From Candidatus Bathyarchaeota archaeon (GTDB lineage Archaea > Thermoproteota > Bathyarchaeia > Bathyarchaeales > Bathycorpusculaceae): a stretch of 64,000 nt of DNA. A program made the position numbers and the translations under genes. The notes beneath the pieces are model-generated. The model saw nothing but the letters and a program-made list of their open reading frames with translations. It was not told the DNA's origin and made no database searches. The stretch lies in NCBI GenBank assembly GCA_963775685.1, contig CAVZJV010000014.1:1440001-1504000 (forward strand). Direction: 5' to 3'. How positions within the stretch are numbered: the stretch's first letter is position 1; each line of letters starts with the position of its first letter. This document shows, in pieces, positions 19,466 to 30,196 of this stretch.

Positions 19466-19712
19466 AGGAAATTCACCTGGATATAATTTAAGCGGTTCTC
19501 CCTTAAATAACCTAGTAATAAATAACGCACATATCAAAATCCTCGATTAATTTAGGTGCTTGGTGGTGCATAGTCTTGATTAAGGAGTGTGTGGGGATGG
19601 ATGGTGTGGGAGTTGGATTTGTGTACGAATCGTAGTTTCCAAGCTATTTTATAAGAATCGATAAATGTTTCGTTTTTTAACTTATGTTTTGAATTATTGT
19701 TGGGGCAACTAA

Positions 19713-21297
19713 GTGAGTAAAGCTTCAGATATAGCCAAGACATCGACGAAAGGTAGTTTTCATTATCTTTGGGGTCTAGTACTCTCCACGGTGATCTCAG
19801 CTGTGGGCACTATATTCATAGCCAGGCTTCTTGGCTCTGACCAATACGGACTATACACAATCGTGTTGGCTGCGCCATCGCTCATCGTTACATTCAGGGA
19901 CTGGGGAATAAACTCCGCCATGATAAAATTCACCGCTCAATATCGTGCCGAAGAGAGAATCGCAGAAATCAGAAGCATATTTCTCACAGGCGTACTCTTC
20001 GAAGTCATCTTAGGCATAGTGCTCTCTTTGCTCTCGTTTGCATTTGCTGGTTTTTTGGCAACCAGTCTCTACAACCGACCCAGCATTGCACCTCTCATCG
20101 AGATCGCCTCATTCTCAATCCTTGCTGGCGCACTGATCACGGCAGCTACTGCAGCGTTTACAGGCTTTGAAAAGATGGAGCTAAACAGTATAATGCTTGT
20201 TTTCCACAGCATCTTTAAAACCGTTCTGATAGTTGTTCTTGGTGCTCTTGGGCTTAGGTGCTTCCGGCGCAACCACCGGCTTCATAATTAGTACTTTTAT
20301 TGGCGGATTAATCGGGATCGCTCTATTCTGGAAACTTTATGCGGGTTTGCCTAAGTCTGGTGGATATTCCCTGCAAATCAAGGCGTATTTGACTACTATG
20401 TTGACTTATGCTTTGCCCCTATCCTTTGCCGCAATCCTATCAAGTCTTTTGCCGCATTTCTACTCCTTCCTGCTGCCAATCCACTACTCCACAGACAACA
20501 CAATGATCGGAAACTATGGCATTGCCAATAACTTTGTGGTTTTAATATCCTTCTTTGCCCTACCGATCACAACAATGGTCTTCCCAGCTTTCTCCAAGCT
20601 ACATCCCATAAAAGATAAAGATGCTTTGCGCAGCGTTTTCCAGTTCTCAGTCAAGTACGCTTCGTTATTTGTTGTGCCCGTGACAGCTTTAATTATGTGT
20701 TTAGCCATACCTGCCGTGTCTACTTTATTTGGGGATACTTACAGTGCAGCCCCGCTTTTTTTGGCGTTGCTTGCAGCTCAGTATCTTTTTACTACTTTCG
20801 GATCCTTGAGCATCGGCGGTCTTCTGAGTGGTCAGGGAAACACAAGTTTCATTTTGAAAATGGCAATTTTGACTATAGGCATTGGTTTCCCCGTTGGCTA
20901 TGTTGGGATTATTTATTTTGGTGTCCTGGGGTTAATCATAACTTCGTTGATAACTGGCTTGCCAAGTTTAATTTGGGGACTGCTATTTGTCAGAAAAACT
21001 TATGGCGTCTCAGTTGATTGGCTGTCTTCTGTAAAGATTCTGGTAGCCTCAGCAATCGCAGCATCGGTGACCTTTACTGCAAATTCAATGTTTAGTTTTT
21101 CTAGTTTAGTTGAACTCGTCTTGGGCACAGCAATATTTATGATCGTTTTAGTCCCCTCCGCCTTGTTGGTCAGAACTGTTAGCCGCGACGATATAACGAA
21201 CCTGCGTGGAATGGTTGGCGGTTTAGGTGCAGTGGGTAGATTGTTTAGCAGAGTTTTGGGTGTTTTGGAAAAAATTATGGACGTCTTCAACCTATAG
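19713..21297 (+). CDS. oligosaccharide flippase (Wzx/RfbX-like), frameshifted near 20238
   Basis: ARLLGSDQYGLY and FPAFSKL motifs; two overlapping ORFs join on removing one base. Confidence 0.85.
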
Positions 21298-21376
21298 AGC
21301 GCAAACCCTTTTAGCGAACATGCTGTGATTCTTTTTAAAACAAAGAAAAACCCAAGTACTTCTCGTATAGCACAAT

Positions 21377-21434
21377 TGGACGGGGATTTGAACCCATTGC
21401 AAAGTGGAGATATCACCCGTAAATCCTCTTTTTT
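21377..21434 (+). repeat. tRNA-end scar repeat
   Basis: tggacggggatttgaacccattgcaaagtggagatatcacccgtaaatcctcttttt. Confidence 0.85.
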
Positions 21435-21591
21435 ATTTTCCAAAAACTTTTATTACTGTTTACCTTCACAATTGGCGTATTCGCACAGCTATATTGAAAA
21501 CAACGCATAACTTTTGAACAAACGCAAAGGTCAGGTTCAAATAATACTTAAATAGATTTTTACAAGCAACTAATGATAACTGGCGTTAACT

Positions 21592-23508
21592 ATGGAGCTT
21601 GAATTAATTCTTGTAGCAGTAGCTTCAGCGTTAATCCTCATAGACATAACCTTGCCATTAACATCTAAACCTCTCTACAAAAGGCTGAGCAAATACACTA
21701 TTATTCTAAGTTCACTTGCATTTGTTCTTATACTTTGGTCGTACATTCAACTACTCTTCGCCTTCGTCAGCAATGATTTTTCGTTCTCGAGCGTCTACTC
21801 TTTTAGTTCTTCAAGTCTACCCCTACTGTCGAAGGTCTATGCAAGCTGGGCCGGCGCAGGAGGCTCAATGCTGCTATTATCCATTATCTTAAGCCTTTTC
21901 TACTTTGGTGCAAAATTATCAACCTGCAAAAAGCCTGAAAGGTTCCAAACCGTTTCCAGCCAGATCTTAGGCTTTGTTGTTCTGATATTCCTAACCGTTA
22001 CACTCCTAAGAAACCCATTTGAACGGTTACCTGCCGCTATGGTTGAAGGATTAGGGCTCAATCCCCAACTTCAAAGCTTCTGGATGGCAATCCACCCTCC
22101 AATAGTCTTTTCAGCTTACGCATTTGTTGTCTTAGCGTTTGCCTTAACTCTTGCCAGCTTACACACTAACCAAGAATTGGAAAAAAACATTCTTTTCAAA
22201 ATCTCCACCTACGCATCATGGATTCTTCTAACCATAGGAATAGCGTTAGGAGGAGTATGGGCGTATGCAGTTTTAGGCTGGGGAGGATACTGGGCATGGG
22301 ATCCAGTGGAAACCGCTTCACTTCTGCCTTGGCTAATACTCACCGCCTACTTCCTAACCCGGAATCTCTCAAAGCACAAAACCAGTCTAACACAAGAATC
22401 AATGATTATGCTGACGTTTGCCAGCCTCGTTTTCCTCAGCGCCTTAACCCGCGGCGGTTTAACACAATCCGTCCACTCATACGCCACTTCAGCCATTGGT
22501 CCAATAATGCTTTCCTTCGCCGTCGCCATGATGGGTTTGTTCTTTTTCTTTTCTAAGGGCAAAAAGAAACCTCTCTTAAAACTTGAAGTCGAGCGCGCAT
22601 CGTTGATTTCCCGGTCATCCTATGTGAGCTTTTGGGCGTTAATCCTCATCTCTATAGTTTGCCTCGCTGGGTTGGCTTTCAAGGATTTCCCTTACAGCTA
22701 CTTCATCTACCCCTTCGTGCTGCTGTTTATTATTTCGCTTGCAGGGTTCAGTTTAGACGACAAAACCCACTACGCCCGCCAATTCCTAATTGTAGTTTTT
22801 TCTTTGGTCGCGGGCGGTGTGCTCTCAGCTGTTGGGGTGTTCTCGGTAAATATTCTGCTCACCCTAACTGCGCCCTTGTTCGCGGTAGTGTTTGCTTTAT
22901 TGCTTTACCGCCTTGCTAAGTCAGCAAGAAGAAAAACGTTGCTTTGGCAACGCCTGTTCGGTTTAGCCGTCGTAATTATGTTGCTGGGTGTGTTTGTTAG
23001 TGCAGGCGCAAAAACCTCCACAACCATAACCGACCTAAAACCCAACGTTCCCATAGAAGCTTTGGATGCAACAGTTGAAGTAACTAACCTTAAAATCATC
23101 AATGCAACCTCGGAAGTTTACAACGCCCAAGCCCAAAACATTATCCCGCAGTACTCTGCTGTCACTGCAGACGTAACCATCCGCCAACCAGACGCAACTT
23201 ATAGCGGCGAAGTTTCAGCGAGTTTCTACCCCAACTACGGTTTAGCCCTGACACCGCTAATAGTCAACACCCCATCAGGTGACATCTACGTGCATATGGA
23301 AATCAATGAGGAACTCTACGACATCTTGTCTGCTCAGCTCACTGGCAAAAGCACCACCCCCGCCGCCGTAACATTAACTGTCCAACATGTCCCTATGGTT
23401 TACCTCGTCTGGGTAGGCGTCACGTTGATGGTTGTTTCAATTGTTGCGGAAGGTGCCGTTGACCTACATCGAACAAGGCAGCAACAAAAATTGGTTATCC
23501 GAAGCTGA
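21592..23508 (+). CDS. ccmF: cytochrome c maturation heme lyase
   Basis: GLNPQLQ...IHPP, WAY.VLGWGGYWAWDPVETASLLPW (WWD domain), SVHS. Confidence 0.9.
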   Translation: MELELILVAVASALILIDITLPLTSKPLYKRLSKYTIILSSLAFVLILWSYIQLLFAFVSNDFSFSSVYSFSSSSLPLLSKVYASWAGAGGSMLLLSIILSLFYFGAKLSTCKKPERFQTVSSQILGFVVLIFLTVTLLRNPFERLPAAMVEGLGLNPQLQSFWMAIHPPIVFSAYAFVVLAFALTLASLHTNQELEKNILFKISTYASWILLTIGIALGGVWAYAVLGWGGYWAWDPVETASLLPWLILTAYFLTRNLSKHKTSLTQESMIMLTFASLVFLSALTRGGLTQSVHSYATSAIGPIMLSFAVAMMGLFFFFSKGKKKPLLKLEVERASLISRSSYVSFWALILISIVCLAGLAFKDFPYSYFIYPFVLLFIISLAGFSLDDKTHYARQFLIVVFSLVAGGVLSAVGVFSVNILLTLTAPLFAVVFALLLYRLAKSARRKTLLWQRLFGLAVVIMLLGVFVSAGAKTSTTITDLKPNVPIEALDATVEVTNLKIINATSEVYNAQAQNIIPQYSAVTADVTIRQPDATYSGEVSASFYPNYGLALTPLIVNTPSGDIYVHMEINEELYDILSAQLTGKSTTPAAVTLTVQHVPMVYLVWVGVTLMVVSIVAEGAVDLHRTRQQQKLVIRS

Positions 23509-23935
23509 TGTGCAGGACATAGTATATGGCGCCTAACCCTAAAGAGAGAATCCAAAGGACAAGGATTTTCCACATAAGCTTCTTTCGTGGTGCACAGAAC
23601 TTGGTGCTGCTGGATTCGTTGATGGCCCAAACCCAAAGTAGCCAGACGCCCAAAACTACCGCAAATGCTCCAATGATGCCGTGGATGACGCCTGATAAAG
23701 CTACAAAGTTAAAGTCAGCTAAAGTTTCAGCGGCCGCGGATACAAACGATGGTCCCATATGTGAAATTAAGAGTAAAACGGTGATTAACATGACTACCAT
23801 CATGGCGTTTCCATGCCAAACCCATTTGCGCTTCTTCACTAGGTAAAGACTTAAACCGATTAAGCCCAGCACCGCCACAAATATGACGATGTTTGCCTGC
23901 GCCATCCATTCATGAACTGCCTCGAAGGTAACCAT
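23495..23935 (-). CDS. DUF420-like four-TM protein
   Basis: four TM helices, KKRKWVWHG..M, HG.IG. Confidence 0.65.
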   Translation of the reverse strand: MVTFEAVHEWMAQANIVIFVAVLGLIGLSLYLVKKRKWVWHGNAMMVVMLITVLLLISHMGPSFVSAAAETLADFNFVALSGVIHGIIGAFAVVLGVWLLWVWAINESSSTKFCAPRKKLMWKILVLWILSLGLGAIYYVLHISFG

Positions 23936-24074
23936 AGACTCTCTTCCAAAGTTTAATTATGGGCTTTATGTTAAAAAATTTTCATAAAATTAAAGTAACC
24001 TTGGACTATATAAAATTGGAAATCTTAATAAAGACTGGCTTTCAAATTCTAAGTGGCAGTAAGGGGTTTATTTT

Positions 24075-25515
24075 ATGGCGGCAGAGCAAGAAGCTATTAA
24101 AGCGGATGCTGAAGATACTACTTCTGTTGATTTAAAATCAGCTGATTCGGTGGCAAAATACTGGTGGTATGGGGCGCTGTTATCGTTCCCGATTTTCACC
24201 ACTTTCGGCATGATCATGGCTATAAAATTTTTCTACCCAACTTTTCTGATTGACTCCGCCTGGGACACATTTGGACGTATAAGACCCGCCCACGTCAACG
24301 GATTACTATTCGGGTTTTTATCTTCCGGCCTAATCGGCTCAATGTATTATATAACGCCTCGACTCAGCCACAAATCACTCTTCCAACCCCTAATCGGCAA
24401 AGCTTCCGCAGTATTGTGGAACGTAGCAGTTTTAGCCGGTGTACTTCTCATCCTAAGCGGCGACACCCAAGCACGTGAATACGCTGAAATGCCCTGGGTC
24501 GTGGACATTGCAATTGTAATAACTTTGATTTTAATTGGAATAACAATTATAGGTACAATAATCAAACGCAGAGAACGAAAACTCTACGTAAGCCTCTGGT
24601 TCTTCGCTGCCATCTTCCTATGGTTTCCCATAGTTTATTCTATAGGAAACGTCATTTGGAACCCGCCTTCGGGAGCACTTTACGGTTTAACCGATGCCAT
24701 CGTTAACTGGTTCTACGGACACAACGTTTTAGGACTTTGGTTCACGCCTTTCGGGTTAGCTCTTTGGTACTACTTTATTCCCAAGATCTCCAAACGCGCC
24801 CTCTACAGCGTCACCCTATCTTTAATCAGCTTCTTCGCCTTAGCATTTTTCTACACCGGCGTCGGCGGACACCACCTTCTCCAATCCTCCATCCCTGAAT
24901 GGCTCAAAACAATCGCCGTTGCCACCAGCGGACTCATGATGATCTCCGTTTTAACTTTCGCCACAAACATCGGCATGACCCTCAGAGGCGCATGGAAAGA
25001 AATCATGAGCAACGTGCCGTTGCGCTTCATAGTTTTCGGCTTCATATGCTATATATTCGTCTCGATACAGGGCACCTTCCAAGCCCTCAGAGACATGAAC
25101 ATATACCTTTCACTACTCACAGTGGACAGTTATGCACTCCCACCTTGCCCTGTACGCTTCCTTCGGAGTGACAATCATGGGCATAATGTTCTGGGCAATT
25201 CCCAGAGTCACCCAAAAACAACTCTGGAGCAAAAAACTAATGGATGTAACTTGGTGGGTTACAATTTTGGGATTCGTGATTTTCATGTTAGGTATGATGC
25301 TGGCGGGGCTAGTTGCCAACGCCAACTGGTTCACTCACCAAACAATAGCTCAAGCACTTCCAACTCTGGAACCATACTTCATGGTCCGAGCTATCGGCGG
25401 AGGCATAGTGGTTGTTTCCGCTTTCCTCTTCGCCATCAACATCATCATGACTGTAATTTCAAGACAGCGGACATCCGCTATCCAAATGGATGAAGACAAA
25501 ATCGAGGTGCCTTAG
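24075..25515 (+). CDS. ccoN: cbb3-type (family C) heme-copper oxidase subunit I, frameshifted near 25109
   Basis: FGRIRPAHVN, REYAEMPW, NWFYGHNVLG, FYTGVGGHHL; removing one T at 25108-25110 restores YLHYSQWTVMHSHL. Confidence 0.9.
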
Positions 25516-25517
25516 CA

Positions 25518-27105
25518 ATGACCGCGACAGAAAAGAAACTTGAAGAGCAACTGGAAAAAGTTGAGAAAACCGTCGACAACCAAATGCGAAAAACGAAGAA
25601 GAAAATTGTTATAAGAAACCTATTTCCAATCGTAGCCGGCGGCGTAGCAGTCTTTCTGCTCATGGTAAGTATGGTTGTAGTTGCTCCATACATGTTCCTC
25701 CTCGATGTTCCCCCCTCCGACACCGCCCACACCTACATCACCCAAGAACAGGAAGGGAGAACGCTATTCATGAATTTAGGCTGCTTCTACTGCCACTCCC
25801 AACAGGTTCGCGCCGCCGACTGGGGCTTGGGCAACGTTTCGCAGGAAGGCGACTACGTGTACGACAGTCCCAACGCCTTAGGCACCGAACGCACGGGTCC
25901 CGATTTAGCTCAGATTGGGGGGATGCGACCCACAATTTGGCATCACCTACATGACCGAGATCCCCGAAGCGTAAGCCCCGGCTCAATCATGCCCAACTTT
26001 GTTTTCCTAAGTGACGCACAAATCGACGCCTTAACCGCTTACATCCAGAATTTGGGTCAAGAAAACCTCCAAGTTGAATCCTCAATCACTAACGGTTCGG
26101 CATATCACCCTGTGGTTCCGGAAAATTATCTTAACGCCTCAAACCAATTTGGACCCATTTACTTTGATGTTTTGGCACAGTACGACGCAGACAACGACGT
26201 CTACAATGGACCAGTTTCGCTTGGAGACCAATGGACGGCAATATATGACGTCGCCAAAGCAGACTACACCGCACGTTGCCTACCCTGCCACGGATGCTCG
26301 GGAAACGCTCAGGGACCATACGCTCGCCATGTCGTCACTCAACCGGCAAACCTCCACGAACGAATAGCCACCTTCCCCGGCGACAACTATCATATCTGGC
26401 GTGTGACTGAAGGCGTGCCTGGAACAGCTATGCCGGCATGGGGGTTAAGTCTTAATGATACGCAAATTCAGATGATTGCCGTTTACGAGATGAGTTTTGT
26501 TTTTGGCTCCGCAAGAACCTTCGACGGAGCAATCTCTGATGCTGAAGGAGACGCTTTTGCGCAGTCAACGCTTAATTCACCTCCGATTGCTGGCACGCAG
26601 CAGGAGTTCCAGAATGGAAATGACCTCTTTAACCTGTATTGTGCCCAATGCCACGGCGTGGACGGACAAGGCGACGGACCCGCCTCAGGTGAAGTACCAG
26701 GCGGATACATAGTGCCGGTTCCAGCGAACTTTGCTGGTCAGGAAGCACTTCCAAATGTATGGCAGATACGTCTGGAAAGTCAAAGAAGGCGTAGAAACAA
26801 CTAACATGCCGCCGTGGAAAAATGCTTTAACAGACAATGAAATCTACCAGCTCGTGTTCTACATCCAAAGCTTCGCAACACCACAAGACTACAACGCCAA
26901 ATGGGGCCCCCAATACAGCGACCCCTACGCAAGAAACCTGAAAATCAACCAAGCCAGCATAGGCGCCAACCCAGCCGCCGCCCTGACCTTGCTAGCCGCC
27001 ATCGTACTTTGGGACAAGAAATTTAACCGACAAAAAATTTACTTCAAAAATGGGCGGCATAAAAAATTGACAGGTTTAATCGGTTTTGGGAGGGTTAAAC
27101 TTTGA
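25518..27105 (+). CDS. ccoO: cbb3-type subunit II fused to two additional c-type cytochrome domains, frameshifted near 26740
   Basis: GCFYCHSQQVR, ERTGPDLA, SIMP; further CLPCH and CAQCH with Met ligands (TAMPAW, TNMPPW, the latter in the second ORF). Confidence 0.85.
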
Positions 27106-27254
27106 ATTTCGACATGCTAATTTACATAATCGGCGCGCTAATTATAACTCTAATCACCTCGGGCTTCGTAGTTTGGGCCTTTAAAACTAAACAATTCGAG
27201 TCAAACGATTTTCTCCGTTACTACCCTCTTGAGGAGGATCAAAACCAACAATGA
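27102..27254 (+). CDS. ccoS: cbb3 oxidase maturation protein
   Basis: 50 aa MNFDMLIYIIGALIITLITSGFVVWAFKTKQFESND...; TM plus WA...QF motif; overlaps both neighbours; not in the ORF track. Confidence 0.7.
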   Translation: MNFDMLIYIIGALIITLITSGFVVWAFKTKQFESNDFLRYYPLEEDQNQQ

Positions 27255-27535
27255 GCTACCTACCAACCGCAAAAATAGTCGAGTTAGCCCCCTACGATAT
27301 CTATTTAGCCCTGTTTCTAATCGCAGCGGTAATAATAGCCATCGTGTTGATTGTCAGAAGCTCCGATGAATACTCTGTTGAGAAAACCGAGAAAAACTCT
27401 GAAGAATTCGCAGGTGAAATACGGGACTCTCAGGGGCCAGTTACAAAATGGTTATGGGCAGTCTACATTGTTCTGATTATTTGGGCTATTGCTTATTTGG
27501 CTCAGCACTGGAGTGAATTCGCAACCTTCCCATAA
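27251..27535 (+). CDS. two-TM protein resembling the CcoP N-terminal anchor
   Basis: EFAGEIRDSQGPVTKWLWAVYIVLIIWAIAY resembles the FixP_N pattern (DGI.E..NP.P.WW...WA..Y). Confidence 0.55.
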   Translation: MSYLPTAKIVELAPYDIYLALFLIAAVIIAIVLIVRSSDEYSVEKTEKNSEEFAGEIRDSQGPVTKWLWAVYIVLIIWAIAYLAQHWSEFATFP

Positions 27536-27713
27536 TTTTTTAAGTTCATAAGCATTTTTGCTTCAAACCCCTTTTTTTGTACCCGCTTAGTTAACGCTCA
27601 GAGATATGTGGCGATAGGACAAGCACCTTTTCAAACGCGTCCAGTTTTCACCCGATTGAGGATGGATAGTTCAATGGAACAAAACAGAGCGCAAGTTAGT
27701 TTTTAAGAAGCAA

Positions 27714-27773
27714 GCGGACGGGGGATTTAAACCCAGACCAAAGTGGAGATATCACCGCATATTCCCTTTTTTT
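27714..27773 (+). repeat. tRNA-end scar repeat
   Basis: gcggacgggggatttaaacccagaccaaagtggagatatcaccgcatattcccttttttt; direct repeat of 21377-21434. Confidence 0.85.
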
Positions 27774-28426
27774 AATTGTAATCTCTTCACGTTAATGAAA
27801 TTAATCGTGGTGTTCTTCGTGGACTACTATAGTGCGTCTACGTCCATACCCCCGCGAGATTCCCTATCACTACGGAATTACGTGCGGCAACCAAAAATAC
27901 TATGCCTGCGTCCACTAAGTCAGCACAATTCCTCTGCTACAAGTCCATGCTGCTAAACTCGTTCAGCATTAAATTACAGTTAAAGGAAGGTAGCCCGGAT
28001 TTGGTGAGGGCAACGACGCTTACACCCTTCAGGTTTTAAGATTCATAGGATTCATAGATGAAACAAAAACTCTTACTAAATTGGATTTGGGATTGGATTT
28101 GGCTGAGGGTTAGGGGTTGGTTTAGGGTTAGGGGGTTCTTCTCCAATTGTGACGCTTATCGATTTTTTCATGATTTCCATCTTGTTATACACTTCTTTTA
28201 TTGTTTACCATGATAGAATATGTTTCAAAAGGAATATGCATTTTGGTCCGCGTGTCTTCTGGGTTCTTGTTTTCTTTGTTCTCGATAAATAGTTGCTACA
28301 GGGGTTTTTATTTTCTTTCCAAAAAATGGTTGCGCCAAAGTCTCTTAATTCCATCCGACCCGCTTTTTAGGGGTTTTTGACGTCTTCTGTATCTCAACTA
28401 AATAAACCTCAAAAGAAAAATACTAC

Positions 28427-28699
28427 TTGGTTAATTCAATTCTAGAGAAAAATAATGTTGTTAGAGGTTCAAACATCACAAAATGGGAGTATGTCCCAAT
28501 AGCTTTGGTGAAAGGAATCCTGGATGCCGGTGTCAAAACACAAGAAGAGTTGTTGAATAAATATGGTTTAGATGGGTGGGAATTGGTTTCTATTGTTGTG
28601 CTTCAAATTAATCAAAGTTTTGAAGTAGTTGCTTATCTAAAACGACAATTAAGAAGCGAAAGCGAACTTGCTAATAATGAACCGAAAGGTAACAGCTAA
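28427..28699 (+). CDS. DUF4177 domain protein
   Basis: KWEY...LNKYGLDGWELVS...YLKR. Confidence 0.75.
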   Translation: MVNSILEKNNVVRGSNITKWEYVPIALVKGILDAGVKTQEELLNKYGLDGWELVSIVVLQINQSFEVVAYLKRQLRSESELANNEPKGNS

Positions 28700-28809
28700 A
28701 AGAAATTATCGTTGTTTGCTTGGAAACTATTTGAAAAAGGGTTTTTGCAGCTAGATTGCCCATAATCCTCATGCGAGGTGTTCCAGGCTAACTGGCTTGC
28801 CCTGGCCTT

Positions 28810-29001
28810 TTACATAGGCTTCTTATAATTTAGTAATTGGGTTTTAGGAGGGGCGGCTTTGTTGATCCATGTTTTTATTGCTTCTTGGGCCGCTTTGGAT
28901 AAGTCGCCTTTTTTGCCTCCGAATTGCTCTACGGTTTTTAATCTGAACTGTTTTTCTAAGTCGTCTGAGATGTCTATGTTGATGCGGCCCATTTTAGTCA
29001 C
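28810..29001 (-). CDS. ribbon-helix-helix DNA-binding protein
   Basis: RINIDISDDLEKQFR...KKGDLSKAAQEAIKTW. Confidence 0.8.
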   Translation of the reverse strand: MTKMGRINIDISDDLEKQFRLKTVEQFGGKKGDLSKAAQEAIKTWINKAAPPKTQLLNYKKPM

Positions 29002-29110
29002 TTGTTTTTGCTGGTTAGATGTTGTTGTGATAAGCGAGTAGCCAATTTTTGTTTTCGATTTTTGTGTTTGTCATGTTTTTCCCTTTAAGATCCGCTTATC
29101 CACATTAGTA

Positions 29111-29153
29111 TATAAGTGTATACACACTTATAAGTGTATGTGTTTAAGTGTAT
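29111..29153. promoter_or_regulatory. putative RHH operator array
   Basis: TATAAGTGT-atac-ACACTTATA inverted repeat, overlapping ACACTTATAAGTGT palindrome, three TAAGTGTA copies, upstream of the RHH gene. Confidence 0.6.
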
Positions 29154-29390
29154 AAAATATCCATGGATCCTGCAACGTACGCTGTTATAAAGCAAAAAGG
29201 CGGTGGTACCAAGGCCCTCCAAAATCTGGACCCATATAAGAAGAGAGGTCTTCCGCCTAGAATCTAATCATCAGAACATATAAAATAGAATAATTATTTT
29301 TGAATCTGACTTATCCCATGGTGCCCAATCTGTGGGAAGGCCTTTGAATACTTTTAAGCTTGTTGTTTCAGTTCTTTTTGTGGGATATTC

Positions 29391-29966
29391 ATGGATTTTA
29401 TGGATGTTATATCGGCAAGGAAAAGCGTTCGCGGCTACACGGATAAGCCAGTTGAAGAAGAGAAGCTCTCGAAAATTCTCGAAGTTGCCAGATTGGCGCC
29501 TTCATGGGCGAACAAACAATGCTGCAGATACATCGTTGTCAAGGATAAAACCAAAATTCAAGAGCTGTCGGAAAGATTCGACTGGCTCAAGAAGGCTCTC
29601 GTTATCATTGTTGCATGCGCTGATCCTAAAGATTCCGGTGACCGAAACGGCATGAACTATTACCTCGTAGATGTGGGCATATCTATGCAGCAGCTGGTTT
29701 TGGCGGCAACCAATTTAGAACTCGGAACATGCTGGATTGGCGCCTTTGACGAGGCAAAAGTCAAAAAGGCTTTGGGTGTTCCGGAAAACATCAAGGTCGT
29801 GGCGATGACTCCTTTGGGTTACCCCGCTGAAAAAGAGGGCATTGGCAGCGGCAAAAGAAAACCTCTTGAAGAAATCGTTCACCACGAAAAATGGTGCAGC
29901 CAAAGGTGCCGAACAATGTTCGTTGTGTCTGGGGGCGACAACAAGCTGTTCAGAAAGAGACAGTAA
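29391..29966 (+). CDS. nitroreductase family protein
   Basis: RKSVRGY, ARLAPSWANKQ, LGTCWIG, LGYP. Confidence 0.92.
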   Translation: MDFMDVISARKSVRGYTDKPVEEEKLSKILEVARLAPSWANKQCCRYIVVKDKTKIQELSERFDWLKKALVIIVACADPKDSGDRNGMNYYLVDVGISMQQLVLAATNLELGTCWIGAFDEAKVKKALGVPENIKVVAMTPLGYPAEKEGIGSGKRKPLEEIVHHEKWCSQRCRTMFVVSGGDNKLFRKRQ

Positions 29967-30002
29967 GCAACAAAACATCACTAAAATGACTGGGAGTTAT
30001 TC

Positions 30003-30079
30003 TGGTGGACTGGGGGGGATTTGAACCCCCGACCTCTTGAGTGCAAGTCAAGCGTTCATGCCAGCTGAACTACCAGCCC
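30003..30079 (-). tRNA. tRNA-Ala(TGC) with encoded CCA
   Basis: GGGCTGGTAGTTCAGCTGGCATGAACGCTTGACTTGCACTCAAGAGGTCGGGGGTTCAAATCCCCCCCAGTCCACCA; cloverleaf, G3:U70 pair, TGC anticodon. Confidence 0.97.
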
Positions 30080-30196
30080 ATAGACTTGCATTCCCGAATC
30101 AGATACGATTCCTTGATATTTAGGTTTTGCCAGCAAAAGGCAATTGCTTAAAATGTTATATCCCTAAAACACTAAACAGTAGTTAGGAGGCTTAAA

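Larger units (their letters stand above)
15872..30002. mobile_element. genomic island at the 3' end of tRNA-Ala, built of tandem units separated by tRNA-end scars
   Basis: degenerate copies of the tRNA-Ala 3' end at 15872, 21377 and 27714, all co-oriented with the intact tRNA; accessory gene content and pseudogenes; no integrase seen. Confidence 0.6.

Noticed and set aside
28076-28180. Telomere-like TTAGGG repeats / G-quadruplex-looking tract
   Set aside because: The minus strand reads as a 34-aa Pro-Asn-rich micro-ORF (EPPNPKPTPNPQPNPIPNP), which explains the G-tracts; only three imperfect units
29221-29260. Possible further scar repeat (atctggaccc-N8-agagaggtcttcc)
   Set aside because: Too degenerate to support without a profile search
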